A program made the position numbers and the translations under genes. Source: a virus (lineage: Duplodnaviria; Caudoviricetes). Taken from it: a DNA stretch of 64,000 nucleotides. The stretch is taken from IMG/VR virus record IMGVR_UViG_3300021124_000001; one strand, given 5' to 3'. The notes under the pieces were generated by a model. That model saw only the letters and a list, made by a program, of their open reading frames with translations, did no database searches and was not told where the DNA came from. Shown here one piece after another: positions 1-8,646 of the stretch. The first letter of the stretch is position 1. Each line of letters starts with the position of its first letter.

Positions 1-1
1 A

Positions 2-430
2 AACTGTATTCTTTCTGGTGGTGCAATTGCTTCCTTATACCATAATGAAGAACCAAAAGATTATGATCTCTGGTCTTTCTTTTCAACTATTATTCCACTC
101 ATTCAAATGAAATTGCAGGGAGTAGAAGATTTTTCGACTATTGATACTGGGAAAAATTATTCTGAAATGGGAGTTGCTTCATTTACTTCACCAAATGCTG
201 TCACACTTAAAAACTCTATTCAGTTTATCACTTTAGGTGATTACCAAAGCCAACGTGAAAAGTTTGACTTTGTTCACTGTAAGCCCTATTATAATTTATA
301 TGCACAAAAACTTTTTATTTCAGAAGAACAATGGAGCTGTATTAAAAATAAGAAACTTGTTATTAGCCCCGGCCAAAGTCCTAGTGATATAAGAATTAGC
401 AAGTTTGTCGGTAGAGGATGGAGACATTAA
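2..430 (+). CDS. Nucleotidyltransferase-fold protein, 5' partial
   Basis: Frame is open from base 2 and reads NCILSGGAIASLYHNEEPKDYDLW, a GG...DxD pol-beta-type NTase motif, in frame with ORF 107..430. Confidence 0.6.
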   Translation, partial: NCILSGGAIASLYHNEEPKDYDLWSFFSTIIPLIQMKLQGVEDFSTIDTGKNYSEMGVASFTSPNAVTLKNSIQFITLGDYQSQREKFDFVHCKPYYNLYAQKLFISEEQWSCIKNKKLVISPGQSPSDIRISKFVGRGWRH

Positions 431-431
431 A

Positions 432-809
432 ATGGCGATTGTTCATAAAAAATTAAATGATACGACAGTGGTGCCTTCGGTATCTTCGGCACCTTCGACT
501 CTATCCAGCAATTGGTCTAACCCATTTGGTTTGACATCGACAGGAATACCTATAAAAGAACATGCAATCAGTGGCCAGATGGTTACTGTTTCGCTTAATT
601 TTACAGACCATGAAATGAATGGTATTAATAGTATTCCAAAAGATATTATCCGAAAACAACTGGTTAATTTACTTGCAGAAGAAATATTCAAAAAGGGCCT
701 TGTATTCTACTCACAGCAATATAAAGCCACTGAAGGTGTCAACTGTGTCATGGCCAGAGCATACTTGGTTCCCAGTGAAACAGTACAATTACTCCGTACC
801 TTGATATAA
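432..809 (+). CDS. Hypothetical protein
   Basis: ORF track; GGAG upstream of ATG 432. Confidence 0.6.
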   Translation: MAIVHKKLNDTTVVPSVSSAPSTLSSNWSNPFGLTSTGIPIKEHAISGQMVTVSLNFTDHEMNGINSIPKDIIRKQLVNLLAEEIFKKGLVFYSQQYKATEGVNCVMARAYLVPSETVQLLRTLI

Positions 810-810
810 A

Positions 811-975
811 ATGAACTTCCTATCCGTCAGCCTTAACTCCATGAACCTATTCTCTTTCATGGTGGGTATGTTCTTTTCCGCCACCATGTACCGAGCCAGA
901 GCCATGATATGGGTTGCAATCTATGCTTTTGGATTAGCCGCTTACTATTGGTACCAATCCCAAAATATGACATGA
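811..975 (+). CDS. Small membrane protein (54 aa)
   Basis: Manual translation MNFLSVSLNSMNLFSFMVGMFF...AIYAFGLAAYYWY, two hydrophobic stretches; ATGA overlap with next ORF. Confidence 0.55.
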   Translation: MNFLSVSLNSMNLFSFMVGMFFSATMYRARAMIWVAIYAFGLAAYYWYQSQNMT

Positions 976-1181
976 GCCATAGCCACACCAATAAAAACAA
1001 ACCCATCACCATAAGGGACGTGGAACTATACGTATCAACCTATGTGATGATCCATGGTCCAGTAGATTCTAAAGAGTCCTTGATACACCTTCTGAATTGG
1101 GTAGAGGATTTCAAAGCGATTCCGAGCACCCGGCGTTCCAAAATTATCCGAATGAAGCGAGCCATCCATGAGAACTCGTAG
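972..1181 (+). CDS. Hypothetical protein
   Basis: 3' part of ORF 909..1181, start coupled to upstream stop. Confidence 0.5.
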   Translation: MSHSHTNKNKPITIRDVELYVSTYVMIHGPVDSKESLIHLLNWVEDFKAIPSTRRSKIIRMKRAIHENS

Positions 1182-1449
1182 CCCTAAACAAATCTTTGTG
1201 GTCTCTGGGAACTATAGAGAGTTTATAGATGTCGTTAATAAGAAAAGGAAAGAGTTCTTCGATGCCACGACACTTGCGAATTTGACTGAAGAATTCCCCA
1301 ACTACATCTACGTGAGCCATGTAGATACTCTCAAAGGGCGTTCCGAAATAGAGGGCTTCTACTGTGGTACGTATTGGACCCGTCAAGACCTACATGATAT
1401 TAAATTTGTTATTGATGTAATAAAAGCGAGAATGAATGCTACCGTCTAA
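1168..1449 (+). CDS. Hypothetical protein
   Basis: ORF track, tiles with neighbours. Confidence 0.55.
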   Translation: MRTRSPKQIFVVSGNYREFIDVVNKKRKEFFDATTLANLTEEFPNYIYVSHVDTLKGRSEIEGFYCGTYWTRQDLHDIKFVIDVIKARMNATV

Positions 1450-1750
1450 ACCAGCACCCCACAACAAAGTCATCGTGACCTGGAACCATGGCTTCCAGCA
1501 TACTTTCATATCGGTCGGGAACGCCTTGACGGGGCATCTGAAGGCCTTAGAAGGATTAGAGTATGTCAAAGAGGTTATGCACTATGAGATTACCAAAGAG
1601 GAATACGAAGATTTTTATAGTATGACTCTGGATACTGTAGAGTCCCCTGAAAAAAAATCCAGGGGTAAAAAAGGTTTACCTGCGTTTTCCTCCCTAGAGA
1701 ATTTTTTCGGGGAACAAAAAGTACCGGTGAAAAAATCCCGGAGAAAATAA
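1436..1750 (+). CDS. Hypothetical protein with basic C-terminus
   Basis: ORF track; last gene of the rightward operon. Confidence 0.55.
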   Translation: MLPSKPAPHNKVIVTWNHGFQHTFISVGNALTGHLKALEGLEYVKEVMHYEITKEEYEDFYSMTLDTVESPEKKSRGKKGLPAFSSLENFFGEQKVPVKKSRRK

Positions 1751-1872
1751 AATAGAGAAAAAAAGAGTTTGACCATGGACGAACTTTTTCTAACACATTT
1801 TGCCGTAGAACGCCGGCACCGCCACCATACTGTCATCCAAGGACCTGCCCCTGACAGGCCCCTGGTAACCTG

Positions 1873-1989
1873 TTATCCTTCCCTACCCCTCACTCCAACC
1901 ACATGGCGCTCCATTAATAACTCGACCAGTGCCCCCGAATCACTGTGCCCAAGTAACTCCAAAACCATTGTATTCCATGCCATGCCCAT
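1873..1989 (-). CDS. Microprotein (38 aa)
   Basis: AGGAG RBS then MGMAWNTMVLELLGHSDSGALVELLMERHVVGVRGREG*. Confidence 0.45.
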   Translation of the reverse strand: MGMAWNTMVLELLGHSDSGALVELLMERHVVGVRGREG

Positions 1990-1990
1990 A

Positions 1991-2065
1991 TTATGCTCCT
2001 AATACTATTATATCCAAAATGAGAGTGGCCAACCCAATGGCCACCAATAAGAGGGAAACCCTCAT
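1991..2065 (-). CDS. Single-TM microprotein (24 aa)
   Basis: MRVSLLLVAIGLATLILDIIVLGA*, ATGA-coupled to 2062..2301, with GGAG RBS. Confidence 0.45.
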   Translation of the reverse strand: MRVSLLLVAIGLATLILDIIVLGA

Positions 2066-2301
2066 GCCATCTCCTTCCGTAATTGGATCTCTATCTCCTT
2101 GCTGGCGGTGGTACGGTTCATATACTCCAGTGCCTCTTGGCGCTTTGCTTTAGGCAATTGGTCTACTATGCTTGCCAAGTGGGAACCGAGATAACCTGCC
2201 AAGAACATGTAAGCCTCGGCAGTGGTATAGCCCTTGGTAACTTGCAATTCCACGATGGAGTTGGTGAATTGGTTAATGACGGAGCGGGAATCTACTGACA
2301 T
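2062..2301 (-). CDS. Hypothetical early protein
   Basis: AAGGA RBS, directly downstream of a minus-strand extended -10 promoter. Confidence 0.65.
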   Translation of the reverse strand: MSVDSRSVINQFTNSIVELQVTKGYTTAEAYMFLAGYLGSHLASIVDQLPKAKRQEALEYMNRTTASKEIEIQLRKEMA

Positions 2302-2445
2302 TTTCTTTCCTTTGTTTTGTTTAAGATGGCTCTATTATACCACTTCCACGGAGAACCACAAGGATTATTTGGAATACTTGACCGGAGTGGAGTGTTATTG
2401 GAGGGCCCTTGACGGGACCTCCATGGAGTGCTATAATGGATGGCT

Positions 2446-2691
2446 TCAGTCGGCCTCCTGCTCCTCTGGCTCCATCTGGTCCTCGGTATAGTCTTCCACG
2501 TATATGTCAGAATCCACCAGGCAATCACAATATTGGATAAAATCCTCACGGTATGCCACTGGATCTAATTCACGGAGTACCGTTGATGGCATAAAGGACA
2601 GGTACCCGACCTTTACCATGGGATTGGTATCATCCAGCATTTCCTCGAAAAGTTGGATGGCATCATATTCGGAGATCAATTGTGGGCGCAT
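2446..2691 (-). CDS. Acidic hypothetical early protein
   Basis: AAGGAACTACAATG RBS/start; Asp/Glu-rich C-terminus. Confidence 0.7.
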   Translation of the reverse strand: MRPQLISEYDAIQLFEEMLDDTNPMVKVGYLSFMPSTVLRELDPVAYREDFIQYCDCLVDSDIYVEDYTEDQMEPEEQEAD

Positions 2692-2700
2692 TGTAGTTCC

Positions 2701-2811
2701 TTATTTGGTTGCGAATTGAGCCAGAGCGAGACCCATTTGGATGCCTGATATCCAGGTTATGAGGAATACCAGGTTGTCAGTATTGGAGAAAAAGTTACGG
2801 ATTTTGTTCAT
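2701..2811 (-). CDS. TM microprotein (36 aa)
   Basis: Same AAGGAACTACAATG start; MNKIRNFFSNTDNLVFLITWISGIQMGLALAQFATK*. Confidence 0.55.
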   Translation of the reverse strand: MNKIRNFFSNTDNLVFLITWISGIQMGLALAQFATK

Positions 2812-2820
2812 TGTAGTTCC

Positions 2821-2916
2821 TTAGGGTTTCATTTGGAAGAGGATGTAAAAGAAAACTGGACCACCGAATAGGAGTGCCAGGACGGTTGCTTGGATTAGGT
2901 CTTTAATTTGTTTCAT
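2821..2916 (-). CDS. TM microprotein (31 aa)
   Basis: MKQIKDLIQATVLALLFGGPVFFYILFQMKP*. Confidence 0.5.
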   Translation of the reverse strand: MKQIKDLIQATVLALLFGGPVFFYILFQMKP

Positions 2917-2978
2917 CATGGATGGATTGTAACCGAAGTGGATGGATTTTGCAAGCGATACTTGACCGGATTGTAGTG

Positions 2979-3140
2979 TTATTCGCCTATGATAACCAGG
3001 TCATCCGACCACACGTGGATGTCATCCGCTTCCACAGCCGCCTGGTACTCTTGGTTCATTGCCATTTCCACCAAGGCATTCTGGTTAGGAAGGGCCTGGA
3101 GGATGGCTATCAATTGTGCTACAGTCAGTTGGTTTTGCAT
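2979..3140 (-). CDS. Small early protein (53 aa)
   Basis: AAGGA RBS; MQNQLTVAQLIAILQALP..., a common small-phage-protein pattern; downstream of the promoter at about 3170. Confidence 0.65.
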   Translation of the reverse strand: MQNQLTVAQLIAILQALPNQNALVEMAMNQEYQAAVEADDIHVWSDDLVIIGE

Positions 3141-3232
3141 TTTCTGTTCCTTTGTTGCTTGGTATGGCTCTATTATACCACGACCAAGGAGAACCACAAC
3201 CAATACTTGACCATTCCATGTGCCTATTGCAG

Positions 3233-3320
3233 ACACTACCTGGCCACCTGATTTCCGTGGAACATGCAAAAACCTCGAGGTTTTGACTGGTTTCCTGGAA
3301 ATCAGGTGGCCAGGTAGTGT
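3233..3320. repeat. 88-bp imperfect palindrome at the transcription divergence point
   Basis: 3233-3256 ACACTACCTGGCCACCTGATTTCC is the exact reverse complement of 3297-3320; perfect 16-bp core AAAACCTCGAGGTTTT (3269-3284) on the same axis. Confidence 0.95.
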
Positions 3321-3887
3321 GTCGTTTCCTTGCAACACCACGAGGCCTTGACAATCCCACTGGTTCTGGTATAATTGGTACCAGATTCGAAGCCAAGCGG
3401 GATGCACGTGGAGGCTGCCTGTATGGTTTCTGGAGTGCCGACACCTTACTGGAATTATAGCATAAAAACTAGGAACCTGTCAACCGTGAACTTTTTTCTT
3501 ACGTGGGGCATTGTGAGAACCTTTCGGTACCTTGTGGTATCCTCTGGAAGTGGTATAATGGCACCATGATTCGAAGCAAAGGCGGGGTGGACGTGGAGTG
3601 TGGTCGTATGGTTACTGGAAACTTTTGAGAACCTTTGTGTTCCAAGTGTTTTGAATACCAAACGGTACCTTGCGGAATCTCGGAAACCGTGCTATAATGC
3701 CAGGATTTTCGCCGGACAATCGCACCTAAACGCTAACATGTTAGTGGACACTCACAAAAGCGACAGGTGTTGCGCGGATACAACAAAATGTAAAAATATG
3801 CGTGGAAATTGTAAAAAACCCTTGACATACCATTCCGGTCAACCATTCCACATTGTCCTTGCATAGTGGAACTGGATCGGTTATAAT
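3320..3887. promoter_or_regulatory. Cluster of sigma70-type early promoters
   Basis: Plus strand: TTGACA3348/TATAAT3370, TTGTGG3532/TATAAT3554, TTGCGG3670/TATAAT3693, TTGCAT3859/TATAAT3882. Minus strand: TTGACA(3483-3478)/TATAAT(3459-3454). Confidence 0.8.
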
Positions 3888-3893
3888 GGCACC

Positions 3894-4196
3894 ATGCAAT
3901 CAATGAATGGATCCTCTATGAATACCAAAGACTTAATGGCTCAATTAGAATCCCTTAATAAGGAAATATCCAAAATGGAATATGCCGAGGCAGTTAATGC
4001 TAATAAGGGTCGCTATAAAATGTCCAATGATATTAAAGCATTGGATAATCTGGAAGTGGATGCCATTCAAAATCAAAAATATATCGACCGGATTATCTCG
4101 GTTAATGCTATGATTGATTATCGTTCTAATGGTGGTAATATCACTAAATGTAGAACGGTTACTAGTAAGAGAATGAAACGTTTATATGGAGTATAA
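3894..4196 (+). CDS. Hypothetical early protein
   Basis: First ORF after the promoter cluster. Confidence 0.6.
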   Translation: MQSMNGSSMNTKDLMAQLESLNKEISKMEYAEAVNANKGRYKMSNDIKALDNLEVDAIQNQKYIDRIISVNAMIDYRSNGGNITKCRTVTSKRMKRLYGV

Positions 4197-4197
4197 T

Positions 4198-4434
4198 ATG
4201 ATTAAAATGGTTAAACTGGTTAATGGTGTCGAAACTGAATTGGTATTATCCCATACTGATTTGGATGTGATTATGTCGGCATTGAATGTATATGAAAATT
4301 ACATAATGGATAATGAGCCATTATTCGGAGAAGATGAAAATGGCGATAAAACAGAGGATTATGATATATGGTCCGAAGAAAATGGTAATTATGAGAGTTT
4401 TGATAATCGGTTCACGCAGTTTTTGAATCAATAA
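4198..4434 (+). CDS. Acidic hypothetical early protein
   Basis: GGAG RBS; D/E-rich C-terminal half. Confidence 0.6.
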   Translation: MIKMVKLVNGVETELVLSHTDLDVIMSALNVYENYIMDNEPLFGEDENGDKTEDYDIWSEENGNYESFDNRFTQFLNQ

Positions 4435-4443
4435 GGAGATAAT

Positions 4444-4707
4444 ATGAATAAAATTCTATTCAATAAGAAAATGGTATTATATTCGAATCATTATAAAAAT
4501 GTTTCTGAAGTATATCTTGTGCCATTTACATTATCGGCTGAATATCAGCATTTTCATTTACACGAACCAAATATCAATTTAACTGGTATTGAGTTAACCG
4601 CCAAAGTAGATATTCAAAATCGTATTCGTGACGTATTATCTAAAATGAATATGGTTTTATTGAATATCTCATTTACTTCAAACACATTAACTATAGGAAT
4701 TGAATAA
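4444..4707 (+). CDS. Hypothetical protein
   Basis: AAGGAG RBS. Confidence 0.6.
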   Translation: MNKILFNKKMVLYSNHYKNVSEVYLVPFTLSAEYQHFHLHEPNINLTGIELTAKVDIQNRIRDVLSKMNMVLLNISFTSNTLTIGIE

Positions 4708-4892
4708 TGATCGGAATAACCACTTATAATGAAGCATTGAATATCATTAATCAATATGGTATCGATAATAACTGTGATTCTCTTATTGAGGCCATTTCTA
4801 TGATGGAAGATAATCAATATGATTTGTCGAGGTTTCAATTAATGTGCATGAATATTGTATTAGGTGAAATGGAGGCATATTATGGTACATAA
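4707..4892 (+). CDS. Hypothetical protein
   Basis: TAATG coupling. Confidence 0.55.
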   Translation: MIGITTYNEALNIINQYGIDNNCDSLIEAISMMEDNQYDLSRFQLMCMNIVLGEMEAYYGT

Positions 4893-4912
4893 TGAGGTAA
4901 ATATTTAATAAT

Positions 4913-4942
4913 AACCCGCATGGATTATCCCAGCGGGTTTTT
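4913..4942 (+). terminator. Rho-independent terminator
   Basis: AACCCGC...GCGGGTT stem followed by a T run. Confidence 0.65.
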
Positions 4943-5059
4943 GAGGTGAAAAGGTACTATAATGAAATATATGTTAATCACAAGTAAAGGTAAAGTTTTT
5001 ACATTTTACATTAAAGATTTGGCATTATCTTATTATTATGCTTATGGTGGTGTTCTAAG

Positions 5060-5121
5060 TGTTGTTTCCATGCAACATGACGATAAAAAACCGTTGACAA
5101 TTTCCAGGATTCCTGTATAAT
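5060..5121 (+). promoter_or_regulatory. Operator-associated promoter
   Basis: TGTTG-N8-CAACA, 16 bp, TTGACA-16-TATAAT. Confidence 0.85.
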
Positions 5122-5177
5122 AACCACATTGATTCAGTAATTCAGCACTTTGATTGTAATTTTTAAAGGAATATATT

Positions 5178-5927
5178 ATGCACTTATTATCTACTGGTAA
5201 TCCCAAGACATTAAAAGGTCAATCACAAGGTTATATGACGTATATTCTGCATTTAGCACCATATACATTATCCGGTAAAAATACGTGCCCAAAAGCAACC
5301 GCCGGTTGTATTATGTCCTGCCTTAATACTGCTGGTCGAGGTGGTATGTTCAAAAAAGGTGAAAATACTAATATTATCCAGCAAGCTCGTATTCGTAAAA
5401 CACAATTATTTTATAATAATCGTAACGAGTTTTTCAAATTATTGTTCAGAGATATTACTTTGGCAATTAAACAATCAGCTAAACTCGGATTAACTCCTGT
5501 TTTCCGTTTAAATGGTACATCTGATTTATCGTGGGAGAAATATGGTTTCACAATTAATGGTTACTATTATGAGAATATCTTTAATGCTTTCCCTAATGTA
5601 ACCTTTTATGATTATACTAAGGTATTAGGTCGTAAAGTATCGAATATCCCCAATTATTCGTTGACATTTTCTGCCGCTGATGGTAATGATGGTGACGTAT
5701 TATTGGCAATTCAACAAGGTTATAATATTGCCACTGTATTTGGTATTAAGAAAACTAGCCCAATGCCTGAAACATATAATGGTTTGCCTGTATTTAACGG
5801 TGACGAGTCCGATTTGCGTTTTCTTGATCCAAAAGGTGTTATCGTTGGATTATATGCAAAAGGTAAAGCCAAGAAAGATAATAGTGGTTTTGTTAAGTAT
5901 CCAACGATTATGATGCAACCGGCATAA
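5178..5927 (+). CDS. GP88-family (radical-SAM-like, Cys-cluster) phage protein
   Basis: CPKATAGCIMSCLNTAGRG, RLNGTSD, FYDYTK and GDESDLRFLD motifs typical of the Gp88 family. Confidence 0.75.
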   Translation: MHLLSTGNPKTLKGQSQGYMTYILHLAPYTLSGKNTCPKATAGCIMSCLNTAGRGGMFKKGENTNIIQQARIRKTQLFYNNRNEFFKLLFRDITLAIKQSAKLGLTPVFRLNGTSDLSWEKYGFTINGYYYENIFNAFPNVTFYDYTKVLGRKVSNIPNYSLTFSAADGNDGDVLLAIQQGYNIATVFGIKKTSPMPETYNGLPVFNGDESDLRFLDPKGVIVGLYAKGKAKKDNSGFVKYPTIMMQPA

Positions 5928-5931
5928 TCCA

Positions 5932-5983
5932 GCATTACTGATGAGGATTTAATATCCGAAACCGATGTGAATCGGTCTAATGC
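5932..5983 (+). ncRNA. Type I hammerhead ribozyme
   Basis: Stem I GCAUUA/UAAUGC, core CUGAUGA, stem II GGAU/AUCC, GAAA, stem III CCGAU/AUCGG, GUC cleavage triplet ending at C5977; entirely intergenic. Confidence 0.92.
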
Positions 5984-6002
5984 AACATATAGAGGTAACA
6001 AA

Positions 6003-6188
6003 ATGCGAGATAAAATGATTGAGGCATTGGTCGATAATGATTTTAATTCTATTATGAGTGGTGATGCAACTGAATTGCTGAATTCATATTTGGAATTTGG
6101 CCATCGTGGTTACCGTGATTATTCCACTTTGGAGTTAATCAGAGAATGTAATGAACGTGAAATTTATTTGGATATTTTGGAGGCTTAA
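6003..6188 (+). CDS. Hypothetical protein
   Basis: GAGGT RBS just 3' of the ribozyme. Confidence 0.6.
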   Translation: MRDKMIEALVDNDFNSIMSGDATELLNSYLEFGHRGYRDYSTLELIRECNEREIYLDILEA

Positions 6189-6189
6189 T

Positions 6190-6411
6190 ATGAAACGCAA
6201 GTTGCCATTTGATTGTTTGATTATGGATTCTGAACCTGTCGAGGTAAGAAACCCATTTTCGGGCCAATCATGTAAATTAGAACCAGATGCCGTTGCGGTA
6301 TATGACTCTATTATGGGAGGTAATATGACCGGTAACTATAAAATCGTCCAAAAGGGCTGTGATTGGTTTCGTAAGTATTTTCCTGAAGAATATATGATTT
6401 TATTGGATTGA
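6190..6411 (+). CDS. Hypothetical protein
   Basis: GGAGG RBS. Confidence 0.65.
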   Translation: MKRKLPFDCLIMDSEPVEVRNPFSGQSCKLEPDAVAVYDSIMGGNMTGNYKIVQKGCDWFRKYFPEEYMILLD

Positions 6412-6459
6412 TTATGTTCAAACTCAAAGAATATGAATATGAGATTGTGGAAGAAGATG

Positions 6460-6521
6460 TGTTGTAAAAAAACAACATAACCAAGGATATTTGTTGACAA
6501 TCCTTGGATTCCGTGTATAAT
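6460..6521 (+). promoter_or_regulatory. Operator-associated promoter
   Basis: TGTTG-N8-CAACA, 16 bp, TTGACA-16-TATAAT. Confidence 0.85.
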
Positions 6522-6548
6522 TGTATTTTTTATTGATGAGGTAATGTG

Positions 6549-7082
6549 ATGTCTAATGTATTCAATACTGGTGTTAATCCAGTCCATTCTGGTATTTACG
6601 TGGTCGACCGCGGTGAGAAACTAGGTACACCGTTGCGTTGGTTCGATGCCGACACTGGTGAATGGTCTCGTTGTGAATATACAATGGAAGATGTTATTAA
6701 TGCCAAGGGTAAACCATCGGCACTTGGATTCTTGCCCTGGCGCGGTCCTGTCAAGGTAGCAAAACCAAAACCAGCCGCTGAGGTTGCATTGGTTAATGAT
6801 GTACACGTTACAAATACCAATAACCCAGTCGATTTTCCCAAGACTAAAGCCAAACCAGTCAAGGTTGCTAAAGTAAAAGCACCAAAAGCTGTTAAGGTAG
6901 CAAAATCAACTGGTACTAAAGCCACACACCCTGACGGTACTATTATCTTCCGTGCAGACCGTAACAAATACATGGCATGGTTTGGCGGTAAGCCAGTTGC
7001 GGCGCGACCAACTATCGAATCGGCTAAGAATTTTCTAATTAAGAAAGGTATTACTGCCGAAAATATCAATGTAATTGCATAA
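6549..7082 (+). CDS. Two-domain protein with Lys/Ala/Pro-rich linker, possibly DNA-binding
   Basis: GAGGT RBS; KPVKVAKVKAPKAVKVAK linker. Confidence 0.65.
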   Translation: MSNVFNTGVNPVHSGIYVVDRGEKLGTPLRWFDADTGEWSRCEYTMEDVINAKGKPSALGFLPWRGPVKVAKPKPAAEVALVNDVHVTNTNNPVDFPKTKAKPVKVAKVKAPKAVKVAKSTGTKATHPDGTIIFRADRNKYMAWFGGKPVAARPTIESAKNFLIKKGITAENINVIA

Positions 7083-7146
7083 ATAGGTGTGGGTCACCAC
7101 CCACCACAGGTGCACCCACTCTAATATCTATTACGGAGATACCAGC
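7078..7146 (+). promoter_or_regulatory. Late promoter plus two-hairpin leader, copy 1
   Basis: CATAAATA; GUGGGU-CAC-CACC...GGUG-C-ACCCAC; second hairpin UAUCU/AGAUA over the RBS. Confidence 0.8.
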
Positions 7147-7584
7147 ATGAAATATGTATATATTACGGCCGAGTTTAATAAAAAAATGTGTGAGATTTTT
7201 GAAGTTGATTATACGCCGACAGATACAACAAGATTTTTACTAAACAAAACCGAATCCATAATGCCTGTTAACATTGGTATTGATATTGGTGTATTTGGTA
7301 AAGACCCATGGAACAAAGGTAAAAATACTGGACCATTATCAGAATCACACAGAAAATCATTATCATTGGCGGCAAAAAATTATAAGAGAACACCAGAGCA
7401 TCAAGAAAATAATAGAATCGCAAGGTCAGATTCTTGGTCAGTAACTAATCCAAAAGGTGAAACATTTACTATAAAAAGTATGAATCATTTTTGTAAATGT
7501 AATCAATTAAATGCAGGACATATGACCTTGGTATCTCAAGGTAAAAGAAAACAACATAAAGGATGGACTTGTTCCAAAATATAA
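7147..7584 (+). CDS. Homing-endonuclease-derived DNA-binding protein with no recognisable nuclease domain
   Basis: PWNKG and SESHRKSLS NUMOD3-like motifs, C-terminal HTH-like KQHKGWTC; no GIY-YIG or HNH. Confidence 0.7.
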   Translation: MKYVYITAEFNKKMCEIFEVDYTPTDTTRFLLNKTESIMPVNIGIDIGVFGKDPWNKGKNTGPLSESHRKSLSLAAKNYKRTPEHQENNRIARSDSWSVTNPKGETFTIKSMNHFCKCNQLNAGHMTLVSQGKRKQHKGWTCSKI

Positions 7585-7781
7585 TGAACGAACGAATTAA
7601 AGAACTTGCTAAACAAGCAACTGTTCATGGCGATACTGAGCATCACCTGGACATACCGTTATGGTACTTGGAGCAGTTCGCCAAGTTGATTGTGAAAGAA
7701 TGTACCAATATTGTGTTACACTATACTGATGTTGATGAAGGTGTAGCAGTGGCCAAGAAACATTTCGGAGTTGAAGAATGA
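7584..7781 (+). CDS. MNERI...KFAELIV...HFGVEE family member 1
   Basis: All three framework blocks present. Confidence 0.8.
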   Translation: MNERIKELAKQATVHGDTEHHLDIPLWYLEQFAKLIVKECTNIVLHYTDVDEGVAVAKKHFGVEE

Positions 7782-8071
7782 AAACATCAGATATTAAAAA
7801 AGGTATGCGTGTCCGTCTTGCCAATGGTTGGTACGGTACTATGATGGATAATATGCGAGGTACTACCCGGCTTGTAGAGGTAGAAGGCCATTACACTGAA
7901 ACCGGGTCGGTATATTCACATGATATTATTGTGGCTCAAACACCTACAGGCTGGGAAGCCGTTGTGCATACTGCAAAAGAATTGCAGTGCAAAGAAATGA
8001 ATGAAGCGTTTTTTGGTGGTGGTGAAGAAGACCTACCATTTAAAAATGGTCTAGAATATATGTCAAACTAA
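7778..8071 (+). CDS. Hypothetical protein, possibly SH3-like
   Basis: Starts within the GGAGTTGAAGAATGA junction. Confidence 0.6.
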   Translation: MKTSDIKKGMRVRLANGWYGTMMDNMRGTTRLVEVEGHYTETGSVYSHDIIVAQTPTGWEAVVHTAKELQCKEMNEAFFGGGEEDLPFKNGLEYMSN

Positions 8072-8093
8072 GTATTGAATAAAGGAATATATT

Positions 8094-8636
8094 ATGCCAA
8101 ACTGGTGCTCTAATGTTGTGGTTATCTCTCACGTTGAACCATCCAAACTGGATGTTATTCGTGATGCTGTTAAGGTAGCGGCCGAAGCCTCTACTGGTGA
8201 ACATTTTTTCAATACTCTGGTGCCACGACCAGTAAATGAAGAAGAAAATTGGTATGAATGGAACGTGACCAATTGGGGTTGTAAATGGGATGTAGAGCCA
8301 CAAATTACCGAAGATACTGGTGATTCTATTACTTTGACCTTTGATACCGCATGGGCACCACCAATTCAATTCTATAATGAGATGGTCGAGCGTGATTATG
8401 AGGTTCGGGCATTCTATGATGAATCTGGTATGGCATTCGCTGGCATTTATGATAATGGCAATGACGATGATTATGAATATGGCAGTATGGACTCCAGTGA
8501 GATTGTAGATAATCTACCTCAAGAATTGGATGAAATGTTTGCTATCTCTGAGCAAAAGGCCGATTGGGAATCTGAAAACGAAGAACCTGATGTGGATGAA
8601 GCACAGGAATGGAACGATTTTGATCCAGAGTGTTGA
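8094..8636 (+). CDS. DUF1281/YubB ferredoxin-like protein
   Basis: MPNWCSN, WYEWNVTNWGCKWD and FDTAWAPP motifs. Confidence 0.8.
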   Translation: MPNWCSNVVVISHVEPSKLDVIRDAVKVAAEASTGEHFFNTLVPRPVNEEENWYEWNVTNWGCKWDVEPQITEDTGDSITLTFDTAWAPPIQFYNEMVERDYEVRAFYDESGMAFAGIYDNGNDDDYEYGSMDSSEIVDNLPQELDEMFAISEQKADWESENEEPDVDEAQEWNDFDPEC

Positions 8637-8646
8637 AAGGAAATAA

